Shown here piece after piece: positions 46,272-55,548 of a DNA stretch of 64,000 bases (positions within the stretch are counted from its first letter, which is position 1; each line of letters opens with the position of its first letter). Where the stretch lies: sequence record NC_042098.1; one strand, given 5' to 3'. The notes beneath the pieces were generated by a model that was not told where the DNA came from, searched no databases, and was given only the letters and a program-made list of their open reading frames with translations. The position numbers and the translations under genes were made by a program.

Positions 46272-46313
46272 GAAGCTGATATACCCATCAATTCAATTTA
46301 AAGGAGTTTAGTT

Positions 46314-46736
46314 ATGAAGAACGTTACTATTGCTATTGGTCGTAATCCGCTGTCCAACCAGAAATGGATTCTGGATCAGATCGTGAGTCTGGTGAAGTCC
46401 GGCAAGTCCGACATCTTCATCGTAAATACTGACTCACGGGTTTCCACTGCGGTACTCAATGCCTTGAAAGAGTATACGAAGGATGATGCGGAATACACTC
46501 GCTTGGTTGCTGAGAACGGTGTCATGTTCCACACAACCGAGACCGAAGATCTGCAAACGCTGGATGATGCTAAGATGAACAGCCGCTCGGCGATTCTGGC
46601 CAACATGCTGTTCAGCCTGCCATTGGTCAAACAGTGTCGTGATCTGGCCCGTCACCATGTCCCGGTCTTTGTGAGTGCCACACCTGCCATGTCTGGTAAG
46701 GTGCCGGCTTCCGCCCATACCAAGTTCCTCGATTAA
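46314..46736 (+). CDS. Hypothetical protein (140 aa)
   Basis: RBS AAAGGAG. Confidence 0.78.
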   Translation: MKNVTIAIGRNPLSNQKWILDQIVSLVKSGKSDIFIVNTDSRVSTAVLNALKEYTKDDAEYTRLVAENGVMFHTTETEDLQTLDDAKMNSRSAILANMLFSLPLVKQCRDLARHHVPVFVSATPAMSGKVPASAHTKFLD

Positions 46737-46745
46737 GGATAGCCC

Positions 46746-47207
46746 ATGGTAAATCACCTGTGGGGTCAGTTGTCGGAGCGTGCCATCCGCGCTGCTGCTA
46801 CTGACCTACGGTTGAAGCCTGTAGAGAGCCTGCCCATGTGTTGGGCAGAGCTCCTCTCCATCGGGATCACCAAACCCCTTGGACGCTTTGACGTTCTTAC
46901 CCATATCGGCCGTCGTCCTGAGCTTCACTATTTAACTGTGTTAGCAGAGGAAGGTGTCCGTTTCATCGATGTGTTAGCGGAAGATACTGATGCCCGTCAC
47001 GCACATCGAGCTCGAGCAAACGCAGTCTGCTATTATGACAAAGATCAGAAGCCGCAACTGTGTTGGTTATACCTCTCCCGTGGTGAGTTAACGGAGGGGA
47101 ATTTTAGTCGTGCTGTGCGTGAAGGTATTCATCGTGTCGCTGGGAAGTTCCCGGAGGACACCAACACTCACTTCTGTGATCTATCGGGATTGACCCATGC
47201 TAAGTAA
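46746..47207 (+). CDS. Hypothetical protein (153 aa)
   Basis: RBS TAAGGA. Confidence 0.72.
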   Translation: MVNHLWGQLSERAIRAAATDLRLKPVESLPMCWAELLSIGITKPLGRFDVLTHIGRRPELHYLTVLAEEGVRFIDVLAEDTDARHAHRARANAVCYYDKDQKPQLCWLYLSRGELTEGNFSRAVREGIHRVAGKFPEDTNTHFCDLSGLTHAK

Positions 47208-47339
47208 AAAGATTATGACTGAACTGCGCCGTCGGATTAATAAAGGCAATAAGCCTCAGCAGTCAGGTCGTTTGACCCATGTTCTTGTAGACAGCAAGTC
47301 TACAGGCTTTAAACCACAATAACGTTTCTCGGTGTCCTC

Positions 47340-47885
47340 ATGACTCAAACACAAAGTTATTCCGTTAATGCCTTTGACGAAATTGTCATCACCGCTACCC
47401 GTCACGCGTCCAACCATATTCACTACCGATTCGCAACCCCTGGGGAAAAATCGGTAGTGATCCATGCGTTTGACTCAACCACAGAGCTGACCACCCAGGA
47501 GGCCTTTAAACGGGTTTATGCCGAACTGGCACACTGGGTAGGGGTTAAGGCCGATTATGATCACCTGCAGCGTAACGATGCCATTCCGTTGCTGATTTCG
47601 GTGGCCCGTGATCTGTTCGTTGAGAACATCTTCAAAGACATGAAAGATCTCAGCGGCGAGTTCCTGCACAATGGCGTGTCTGTCAACTGGAAACGCACGT
47701 TGATGATGGATGTGTTACTGACCAGTTTTGAAACCCAGGTAAGTGACCATATCAGCGAAGATGGTTTGGGTGTTCGGACGTATTCCAAGATCGAGCTGCG
47801 CACCCACTCGAAAGAAGACAACCTGTCACCAAACCTGCAGTACGCGGAATACGCGGGGGTATTTGATCGTGGTCCAACTCTCTAA
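47340..47885 (+). CDS. Hypothetical protein (181 aa)
   Basis: ORF in the co-oriented cluster. Confidence 0.68.
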   Translation: MTQTQSYSVNAFDEIVITATRHASNHIHYRFATPGEKSVVIHAFDSTTELTTQEAFKRVYAELAHWVGVKADYDHLQRNDAIPLLISVARDLFVENIFKDMKDLSGEFLHNGVSVNWKRTLMMDVLLTSFETQVSDHISEDGLGVRTYSKIELRTHSKEDNLSPNLQYAEYAGVFDRGPTL

Positions 47886-48441
47886 CTTCGCCCATCCTGT
47901 TAACGCGGTTAATACGCAGCAACAGTTCGAGCTGTTTACGATCACTACCCTGCAGTTGCATGGCGGGAGTGTTTTCCATCGGGTGACATTGCCTTTGGAT
48001 GGACACCCTACTGAGATCGCATTGTTTGCCCAACCCACGAAGATGTCACATGTCGATGTGTTGCGCACGGTGCACGATCTGGTGTTTCTGTGGATTCCGC
48101 CAGTGACTGATCCGCGGGGGTTGATCATGGGCCATCGTGATTATATCCTCAATCTCTGTAAAGAGACCTTGCGGGTTGTTGCAGGTGTGGGTAGCTGGCC
48201 AGTCCCAGCGTTTAATAAACAGGATGTCACGGATAACGGTGTGCTTCATTTGTTGCGCTACTATGATCCGATAATGGATCGTATCATCACTCAGGTGGTT
48301 GGTACACCGCCAATGGATCTGGATGATCGGGATATGCGCCAGGATAAGCAAGGGGCAGGGCTTGTCGCCTTCTCACCCTCTTGGCTTGACCCCGGGCCTT
48401 TCACGGCACAGGATCACAACTACGGCGTTGCTGATGCATAA
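47743..48441 (+). CDS. Hypothetical protein (about 190-230 aa; start uncertain, probably near 47866)
   Basis: ORF fills the gap up to the terminator; the 5' part of the track ORF overlaps the previous gene. Confidence 0.6.
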   Translation: MTISAKMVWVFGRIPRSSCAPTRKKTTCHQTCSTRNTRGYLIVVQLSNFAHPVNAVNTQQQFELFTITTLQLHGGSVFHRVTLPLDGHPTEIALFAQPTKMSHVDVLRTVHDLVFLWIPPVTDPRGLIMGHRDYILNLCKETLRVVAGVGSWPVPAFNKQDVTDNGVLHLLRYYDPIMDRIITQVVGTPPMDLDDRDMRQDKQGAGLVAFSPSWLDPGPFTAQDHNYGVADA

Positions 48442-48444
48442 AGC

Positions 48445-48484
48445 GGCATAAGAGGAGGAGCGTTTGCTCCTCCTCTGTTTATGC
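48445..48484. terminator. Bidirectional hairpin terminator flanked by GCATAA / TTATGC
   Basis: AGAGGAGGAGC-GTTT-GCTCCTCCTCT between convergent genes. Confidence 0.8.
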
Positions 48485-48496
48485 TCTTTTTTTTTG

Positions 48497-49348
48497 TTAT
48501 CGTTTAGGGACACTCATCCGAATCGAGCGGTGCTTACGGAGTTTGTCTGACCACGCTGCTGTCTTCTTCCATCGGGTTTCCAGGAAGTCGGTGTAGTTGT
48601 CCACCGCATCAGCATAGCTTTCAATGGTGTCTTTAAACGCCCCGAGTTCCACGCCGCCCACTAACGCCCCTTGGTCAACAGGAATACGCAGACGTTGATA
48701 GATGTAGGCTTTCACCGCATAGTTCACCAACTGCGAGAACCGAGTGTAGGCCCGGACCGGGATGTTAGTCATCTCTGAGTCGTTTGAGACAATACAACGT
48801 AGGGTCAGCATGTTCGTGATCATTTGGGTTTCATAGATCGCTACCATGTTCTGACCAATCAAGGCTACGTTGGTCATCTGAATCTCAGGAGCCGGGGAGT
48901 AGGATTGCAACATCTGCTGCATACCCTGGGTGATCGCCCCATTACTGCACCCCATGTTCATTCCACCGGTATACCCGCCAATCCCTGCGCCACCGGGTAC
49001 GCCAAATAACGCATCGGGGTAACCGTACATCAAGGAGAGAATCGAGGTGATCACTCGCCCGCCGGTTAACGACTTCGGTACCCGAAAGACCGTGGTGAAG
49101 TTATCGGGTTGAACATACTCCACATCCCGTAAGGGTATGATGACTTCTACCCCACCCACGACGTCACAATCACGACGCACTTTGGCATCGATCACTTTCG
49201 TACGGATGGCTTCATTAAGTGAAGTGTTGAGAACCTGACGAACGCCAGTGTGGTAGTAAGCAACATCATTGGTCATGAACGCTGCTCTTAACAAACTGGG
49301 ATCAAAGTTCCACATCACGTCATTAATGGCATGATCTATCGCGCTCAT
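48497..49348 (-). CDS. Conserved phiKZ-like protein, probably virion-associated (283 aa)
   Basis: Divergent from phuZ, as in phiKZ-like gene order; RBS AAAGGTG. Confidence 0.6.
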   Translation of the reverse strand: MSAIDHAINDVMWNFDPSLLRAAFMTNDVAYYHTGVRQVLNTSLNEAIRTKVIDAKVRRDCDVVGGVEVIIPLRDVEYVQPDNFTTVFRVPKSLTGGRVITSILSLMYGYPDALFGVPGGAGIGGYTGGMNMGCSNGAITQGMQQMLQSYSPAPEIQMTNVALIGQNMVAIYETQMITNMLTLRCIVSNDSEMTNIPVRAYTRFSQLVNYAVKAYIYQRLRIPVDQGALVGGVELGAFKDTIESYADAVDNYTDFLETRWKKTAAWSDKLRKHRSIRMSVPKR

Positions 49349-49436
49349 AATCGCACCTTTGTTACATTCTACATGGATGTATGTATATATGTTGAAAAAC
49401 TGATCTCATAGAATTTAACCAACGGAGCAATATCAC

Positions 49437-50411
49437 ATGTCAAAACGTTTAACCCGCATCTACGCTTGTGGCGGTGCTGCCATCAACATCACCGCGGCGC
49501 AGAAGGACCAGCACGATCAACTGGGCTTCTCTGACCTCAGCGTATCGCGTATCGATACCTCGGATAAGAACATCAAACCAGGCATGTCACCGAACAGCGT
49601 CTACATCCTGGAAAACGCAGACGGTTCTGGTAAAGAGCGTAAGCACAACTACAAAGCGATCGTGGCCTCACTCGAACAGATCCTGGCGATGCACAAACCG
49701 GGCGACTACAACATCGTCATGATGTCAGCCTCAGGCGGTTCTGGTTCGGTCATCGGTCCGGTAATCATTGGTGAGCTGCTGAAGCGTAAGATCCCAGTGG
49801 TTGCACTGGTTGTGGGTACCATCGGTTCTGAAACTGAAACGCAGAACTCCATCAATACCCTGAAGTCCCTGGCCGGTGTCTCTGAAGCCCAGAAAGCCCC
49901 ACTGGTGATGTCGTACTTCCCGGTGAACCAGCACTTCGATCAGCGTGAAGTGGACAAGCAAGTCCTGACCACCATGACGCTGCTGCTCAACCTGTTCGAC
50001 TCGAAGAACATCGAAATCGATTACAAAGATATCGTGAACTTCCTGAACTACACCAACATCCGTAACACCCGCCCTGGCCTGGTTGGCCTCGAAACGTACA
50101 ACGACGACGAACTGCAAACCATCGCTGGTACCTCGCCGTTGTCCATGGCGTCAGTGTTCAAAGATGATAACCGTCCGTTCCTGCCGGTTACCCCGGACTA
50201 CCATGCCACCGGTACCCGTGACCAGGACATGAAAGATGAACGTATGCAGTTTAACGCGCACTATGTCATTACCTCAGCGCCGGTTAAAATGGCGTTCGAA
50301 GATCTGAACAAACGTATGAAGCAGATCACTGATCAGCAGCATACTCGCGGCCAGAACTTCAACCTGCTGGGTGATGGCGACCAGGGTGACGATAACGGGA
50401 TGTTCCTGTAA
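49437..50411 (+). CDS. phuZ: PhuZ phage tubulin
   Basis: YACGGAAINI (T1), IDTS, GSGKER, tubulin signature SASGGSGS, acidic C-terminal tail ending DDNGMFL. Confidence 0.93.
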   Translation: MSKRLTRIYACGGAAINITAAQKDQHDQLGFSDLSVSRIDTSDKNIKPGMSPNSVYILENADGSGKERKHNYKAIVASLEQILAMHKPGDYNIVMMSASGGSGSVIGPVIIGELLKRKIPVVALVVGTIGSETETQNSINTLKSLAGVSEAQKAPLVMSYFPVNQHFDQREVDKQVLTTMTLLLNLFDSKNIEIDYKDIVNFLNYTNIRNTRPGLVGLETYNDDELQTIAGTSPLSMASVFKDDNRPFLPVTPDYHATGTRDQDMKDERMQFNAHYVITSAPVKMAFEDLNKRMKQITDQQHTRGQNFNLLGDGDQGDDNGMFL

Positions 50412-50558
50412 TCCACTGAGCCTCTCTATTATATGTAACCGCTGCTGCAACACTCCTCTGTCTGGGTTTTCTGTATTCCTTTTACCAGAGATGAGTGAAG
50501 CGTTACATTTCTTCCGTGACCATGGCTGCTAGCGGGAGAGGCTGTTTAAAGAGCGAAT

Positions 50559-50590
50559 CCCCTCCACCGTTTTGGTGGAGGGGTTATGCC
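50559..50590 (+). terminator. Hairpin plus TTATGCC
   Basis: CCCCTCCACC-GTTTT-GGTGGAGGGG-TTATGCC; TACATTAT early-type motif follows at 50610-50617. Confidence 0.75.
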
Positions 50591-50713
50591 GTCAAAAATA
50601 ATTCAAACCTACATTATAATCACGAGCAGTACCAATTACTTTCGTACATTAACGTACTATTATTTAGGGCATAGCCCTTTTATAGTTGGATGTATGACTA
50701 GGAGCTTAACACC

Positions 50714-52003
50714 GTGAACTACAGCACAGACAATTTTATTATCGACGTTGGTCAGTATATTCCAACCATCATGTTTCGCGCACCGTACCTGAACGGTAAG
50801 CCATTAACCCACGAACAAACGTATTGTATTTTCGCTGCCATCCACGACGAAATCTTTAATGAGACATTCCCGTGGGCCCACATTAACAACAGTTTAGAAA
50901 CCGCCTTATCAACGGTGTATGCAGACTACCCTTTATTTACTCTTGGTGAACCACGCTATTGGCGTTTTGGGCATAACGGCTATGAGATCTATCGCCCAAC
51001 TCAAAATGGCTTTAATTACATGGATGCTCCGCATGGACGTTTACCGCAGAACCCACCACGTGGGTCGATCTTTAAGATTGCCGGGGGACGGGTCTATGCA
51101 GAGTGGTTAAGCGCGTTTGTCACGAACACCTTGTTTGGTATTCGTAACCGACTCCACGACGAACTGCTCCGTTTCGTCGGTACGGCTGCGGATTACGAAT
51201 GGCACTTTGAGTATGTGTCAAACGGAATTTTCTATACCAAAGTTTCTAAGAACCCATTAGTCACCCAACCGGTGCATGTCAAGCTCCAGGCAATGACTGA
51301 AGCTGAGCAGATACAACAGGCGATTTCAGATCTTCCAGATGTTCGTCAACCAACCGTAGGGAATGCGGTGGCGGTGAATCTGGATATTCGTGCACACAGC
51401 AGTCTCGAACGTATCCCTGAAGTCTGTGGTTATTTGCAACAGCTGATCATGCATGCACGTCAGCATCATGCACCACTTGAAGTGAAGGTGATCTATCACA
51501 GCAAAACCTACTACGATAAAGTGGTCAGCTTTGCGCGTGGGTTTATTGAGCAATATCAATTGCCGGTGAAGCTCGCCTTCAAAGAGCAATGGGTGGATTT
51601 GCAACAAGCTCACCCAGCCTCCCTGGGCGCTGTATCGGTATCTTCTGACATCCCTAGCATTAAAGATATAGAGCGTGACCACGATCGTCTGCGTGAAATC
51701 CGTACCCAGCTGATTCGTAATAACGCCCTCAGCCCCTGGTTGACACAAGAACTGTTGGCAATTGCACCAGGCTTGTTTAGTAAGAAGATCTCCGATGAAG
51801 AGATGTTCACCGCCATGATGACAACGGACTGGGGTGTAAACAACAAAGGCCGCCGGGTAGATGCTACTCGATTGAACCCGATGGTGATTGGGGCAGTAAT
51901 CTCCATTGATCGTCAGTTAGAAGGGGAAGCATTGCCACAGGTTACTCAACCACAACACCAACTTCACGTGTTACATGAGATCAACTGGAATAATGTGCGA
52001 TGA
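50714..52003 (+). CDS. Hypothetical protein (429 aa)
   Basis: RBS AGGAG, GTG start. Confidence 0.75.
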   Translation: MNYSTDNFIIDVGQYIPTIMFRAPYLNGKPLTHEQTYCIFAAIHDEIFNETFPWAHINNSLETALSTVYADYPLFTLGEPRYWRFGHNGYEIYRPTQNGFNYMDAPHGRLPQNPPRGSIFKIAGGRVYAEWLSAFVTNTLFGIRNRLHDELLRFVGTAADYEWHFEYVSNGIFYTKVSKNPLVTQPVHVKLQAMTEAEQIQQAISDLPDVRQPTVGNAVAVNLDIRAHSSLERIPEVCGYLQQLIMHARQHHAPLEVKVIYHSKTYYDKVVSFARGFIEQYQLPVKLAFKEQWVDLQQAHPASLGAVSVSSDIPSIKDIERDHDRLREIRTQLIRNNALSPWLTQELLAIAPGLFSKKISDEEMFTAMMTTDWGVNNKGRRVDATRLNPMVIGAVISIDRQLEGEALPQVTQPQHQLHVLHEINWNNVR

Positions 52004-52356
52004 ATGCCAATGTGCTTCTGATCGATCTTAAACCGATAGTCTATCAGTGGTTCACACCAGAACAAGCCAATGACAGTGACTTGCACATGGCAATAGATGA
52101 TCTGGCCACCTGGGCAACCAGCACGGCGGTGGAACAGGAATGCGACACCGACCTGATTGGCCCGACCTTCTTCCTGGTCAACTCAGGTTGGCAGCATGAC
52201 CAATTGCAAGCCATGATCGATACAATGGCCAAAGTAGTAAGAACGATCTACCTGACCCAGTCCACTCCCGAATGGCGTAGCGCCGGGGTGAAACGTATTC
52301 AGGTAGATCAATTCTATCTGATGACCGTTAAGCTGGGGATTGATCCATATGTCTGA
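52000..52356 (+). CDS. Small acidic hypothetical protein (118 aa)
   Basis: ATGA overlap; begins VLLIDLKP. Confidence 0.72.
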   Translation: MNANVLLIDLKPIVYQWFTPEQANDSDLHMAIDDLATWATSTAVEQECDTDLIGPTFFLVNSGWQHDQLQAMIDTMAKVVRTIYLTQSTPEWRSAGVKRIQVDQFYLMTVKLGIDPYV

Positions 52357-52711
52357 AGTCCTGTCCCGAACCAAAGCCATCGTCCCGTGCGGTGAGCTGC
52401 TCGGGTCTTTGAAACGCTACCCTGGCGTGAGTGATGAAGCAGCCCATGCTTTTATCACCGCCGGGGCGGTACATTTATTCCACGACCGTTATGTTGATCC
52501 CATCCTCAGTGTAGATGACCTGGCGTTAATTGGGGAGACCCGGGCCAGCGTTTTGACCGGTTTAGCGTACGAGTGGTTGCATGATCAGTTCACGATCATT
52601 CACAACGACATCAAACGACACGTCAAGCACTTTGACGAGTTGCGTGCCGACGACTACAGCTGGGAGGGGGATTGCATACATCTTGACTTGTCGCTTTACG
52701 ATGAGGACTAA
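52340..52711 (+). CDS. Small acidic hypothetical protein (~120 aa)
   Basis: Tightly packed ORF. Confidence 0.7.
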   Translation: MIHMSEVLSRTKAIVPCGELLGSLKRYPGVSDEAAHAFITAGAVHLFHDRYVDPILSVDDLALIGETRASVLTGLAYEWLHDQFTIIHNDIKRHVKHFDELRADDYSWEGDCIHLDLSLYDED

Positions 52712-52714
52712 CCT

Positions 52715-53299
52715 ATGCAGCAGCAGGAACTTACAGTACACCCGTTTTCACCCGCTTTTATTCCCCAGCCTATACACACACCGTTTATAGTGGATACGCC
52801 AGACTTAATATCATGGCTGAAGGCGCCAGTCAAGGGAGATCCTAATGACCCTGACCGGATTGATACCACCAGTATCTATGTTCCACCGGAGGTTGAAATG
52901 AAACCCGTCGCTATCATCGATTTGTTCGGTTTATCCTGGACAAACCACGGCGGGCTACTGACCATGTTCTCGCAGGTAAACCTGTTTGATCTGTTTGTCG
53001 AAGTGATCCACAAATCCCTGGGTCAGCCGTCTTACAACCTGTATCTGTTGAACGAATGGATTGAGGCGATGATGGGCGTGGGGGATTACTTCGATCCTGA
53101 GACCAACCTCCCACAACCGTCAATGGAAGAAGTCATGGTGATGCAGGATGCATTGATGCGGATGTTCTGTGACTTCGTGGTTAACAACCAGAGCTTTATC
53201 ATGAAAGTGCTTCAGCCGCTGTTAGTGAATCAGGCTGTGGATACGATCAGTCTGCAGCAATTAAAAGCAGGTGGCAGTATTGTCGTTAATTTAGGGTGA
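52715..53299 (+). CDS. Acidic hypothetical protein (194 aa)
   Basis: RBS GAGGA. Confidence 0.72.
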   Translation: MQQQELTVHPFSPAFIPQPIHTPFIVDTPDLISWLKAPVKGDPNDPDRIDTTSIYVPPEVEMKPVAIIDLFGLSWTNHGGLLTMFSQVNLFDLFVEVIHKSLGQPSYNLYLLNEWIEAMMGVGDYFDPETNLPQPSMEEVMVMQDALMRMFCDFVVNNQSFIMKVLQPLLVNQAVDTISLQQLKAGGSIVVNLG

Positions 53300-53307
53300 G
53301 GTAAGAA

Positions 53308-53691
53308 ATGAATACGCTTGTCGTATTAGACCTGAAACCCAGTTGGGTATATCTTCGGGCGTGTTATGACCGCAGTACGGCTAATACCCTGATGATTCCC
53401 TTCGACCGTTTTCTGGAGATTGTCTTAGAAGCGTACACGGCCGAGTTAAATAAGCCGGGGAGTTCGGATGTGATCTTGGAAGCCCTGGTTGACTTTGGCG
53501 AGCTCCAACCGATGATCGATCAATCGGATATGGTGAAGCGCGAGATCTGTATGGCATCCAATGTCATCGACGAGCAGCTGACCTATGCGATGGCTGGCTA
53601 TTTTGGCGTGGAGTATTTAGGCGGGGTATCACAGATGCGGATTACCCCACATCGAACCTTAGAAGTGTATTACGGTAAGGAGGTCACATGA
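53308..53691 (+). CDS. Small acidic hypothetical protein (127 aa)
   Basis: RBS GAGGT; begins LVVLDLKP. Confidence 0.72.
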   Translation: MNTLVVLDLKPSWVYLRACYDRSTANTLMIPFDRFLEIVLEAYTAELNKPGSSDVILEALVDFGELQPMIDQSDMVKREICMASNVIDEQLTYAMAGYFGVEYLGGVSQMRITPHRTLEVYYGKEVT

Positions 53692-54116
53692 GCATTACCC
53701 GCGTGTCGTTGATCTTCAATATCATGCCGGATGCCGAAAAGCGAATGTATGAAGGTGTGCGAAAAACACTGACGGATGTGGGTGAGGTTGACCGCAACAC
53801 CCTTGTCTATCTGGCACTGAATGAATTAACCCTGGGGCGTACCATCGCACACACCCCAACAATGTCTATGGCGGCGAAGATCCCGGTGATCTTTCCTCAG
53901 TACTCATACACCGCGCATGAAGCCATCAAGCAAGCCGTTATGGTTGTTGCCTCTGAACTGTACAAGGAGTTCTTTACCATTCTGGAAGGCGCCCACATGA
54001 GTTACCCCGCCGTGCTGTCACAAGCCGGTATCAGTGGGTGTTCGGTGAGCACCATCTTTGACAGTCATGAGGAGCCACGGCCATGCAACTGGCAGTACTC
54101 GAGTTCACCCCAATAA
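53688..54116 (+). CDS. Hypothetical protein (142 aa)
   Basis: RBS AAGGAGGT; ATGA overlap. Confidence 0.72.
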   Translation: MSITRVSLIFNIMPDAEKRMYEGVRKTLTDVGEVDRNTLVYLALNELTLGRTIAHTPTMSMAAKIPVIFPQYSYTAHEAIKQAVMVVASELYKEFFTILEGAHMSYPAVLSQAGISGCSVSTIFDSHEEPRPCNWQYSSSPQ

Positions 54117-54664
54117 TGCAGGACATCCAGACCACCTTGACTACGATGAGCAACATGGTTGTTAATCATGTGCAAATCACTCAAGCGGTCTGTGCTGGGT
54201 TTCCCGTGAAAGCCAGTTCAGCCAGTGAGCTGGATGTGTTGATCAGCAATACCCCAGGTTATCTCAGTCAACAGGATATCGAGAAGGTGCACCTGTGTGG
54301 TGAGCTGATCTTTGATTTCCTGGTTCAGCAACTGCAGCCCTATGCAGTACCTCGGTTGTTGCGTTACGGTTGTCCTGGCTTTTTCCAAACTCAAGGTTAT
54401 GTCCTGATGTCGCAATATCACGACGACACCTTCTTCAAAGAGTTTGTGAACATCCAGGCGAACATCACAACCCAGCAACTCCCAATCAGGAAACTGATGA
54501 CATTGGAACAGGTGGCTGAAAACAGTGAGATGCGGATAGCCGAGCTCACTGCAATGCAGCTTAGCGGGGATAACAGCGTTGAAGTACATCGGCAAATTGC
54601 CAGACATCAAAACTATCTCGATCGGTGCTCCGGTGAGATGGCGAAGATAAGAATAAAACAATAA
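54083..54664 (+). CDS. Hypothetical protein (193 aa)
   Basis: RBS GAGGAG. Confidence 0.7.
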   Translation: MQLAVLEFTPIMQDIQTTLTTMSNMVVNHVQITQAVCAGFPVKASSASELDVLISNTPGYLSQQDIEKVHLCGELIFDFLVQQLQPYAVPRLLRYGCPGFFQTQGYVLMSQYHDDTFFKEFVNIQANITTQQLPIRKLMTLEQVAENSEMRIAELTAMQLSGDNSVEVHRQIARHQNYLDRCSGEMAKIRIKQ

Positions 54665-54683
54665 CAGCAAAGAAGGTTTGCAC

Positions 54684-54986
54684 ATGGTTATCATCGACCG
54701 CAATCCAGAGTTTGAACATATCGTGGATGCCATCAAGCACCTGATAGACCCTGACGCGCCTGATGGTGCGTCTGTTAAAAGCATTAACGATGTTATCGAT
54801 GACCTTCGCCACCACTACCACATGCGGTCGAACATTGTTGATATGGACCCGGACATTGCAGCATTGCATGAGCCATTTTATGTGGCACTTAACAATCTCT
54901 TAATCCGGTATGGTTTTCAAGAAGACCAGATCATCAATTTCATCATCAGTGATAAGCATGCAAACTTTGTGCTTATCACAACGTAA
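54684..54986 (+). CDS. Small acidic hypothetical protein (100 aa)
   Basis: RBS GAAGG, ATG at 54684 (MVIIDRNP). Confidence 0.68.
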   Translation: MVIIDRNPEFEHIVDAIKHLIDPDAPDGASVKSINDVIDDLRHHYHMRSNIVDMDPDIAALHEPFYVALNNLLIRYGFQEDQIINFIISDKHANFVLITT

Positions 54987-54997
54987 CACTTGGGAGT

Positions 54998-55423
54998 GTG
55001 CACGTGTCAAAAAGCTATGCAGATCTCGTCAAGGGCGCGATCGTCGACTTTAATGTGGTGGCGCCAGATATCCTGGGCGAAGGGTTTACCTCATGTACGG
55101 TCAATGGTCGCTTTGATGCCGATACCGCTAACCTGCTTGGGTTGGATGTCCAGGCGAAACACCAGAACCTGTACCCGCTGGTGAAACCCCAAGGCATCCC
55201 GGATAATCCTGATAGCTACGACTTTATCAAGGTAACCAAAACCAGTGGCGCGCAAGCGATCCTGTGGCTACCCTGGATTGTCGAATCAACGATCGCCCCG
55301 GTCTCTCGTAACAAGATCAATGTGGTGATTGAAGACGTGGGATCAAAAGACATCGCTGTGGTTAAAGCCGCACTGGAGTCTAACGGTTATCTGAATGCAG
55401 TGGTTACCCTGATTGACAATTAA
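54998..55423 (+). CDS. Conserved phiKZ-like hypothetical protein (~140 aa)
   Basis: RBS GGGAG; sits just before the DNA polymerase gene; hairpin+TTATGA at 55432-55458. Confidence 0.68.
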   Translation: MHVSKSYADLVKGAIVDFNVVAPDILGEGFTSCTVNGRFDADTANLLGLDVQAKHQNLYPLVKPQGIPDNPDSYDFIKVTKTSGAQAILWLPWIVESTIAPVSRNKINVVIEDVGSKDIAVVKAALESNGYLNAVVTLIDN

Positions 55424-55548
55424 TAATAAACGCCTGTGGGTTTCCACAGGCTTTATGACCCACTTCTTTTTTTTTTGTTATCAACTATTTCCTTACATGG
55501 ATCGTCTAATCATTTAGAGAGTTAAGCCAGCGCTAAGGATATCCTGCC

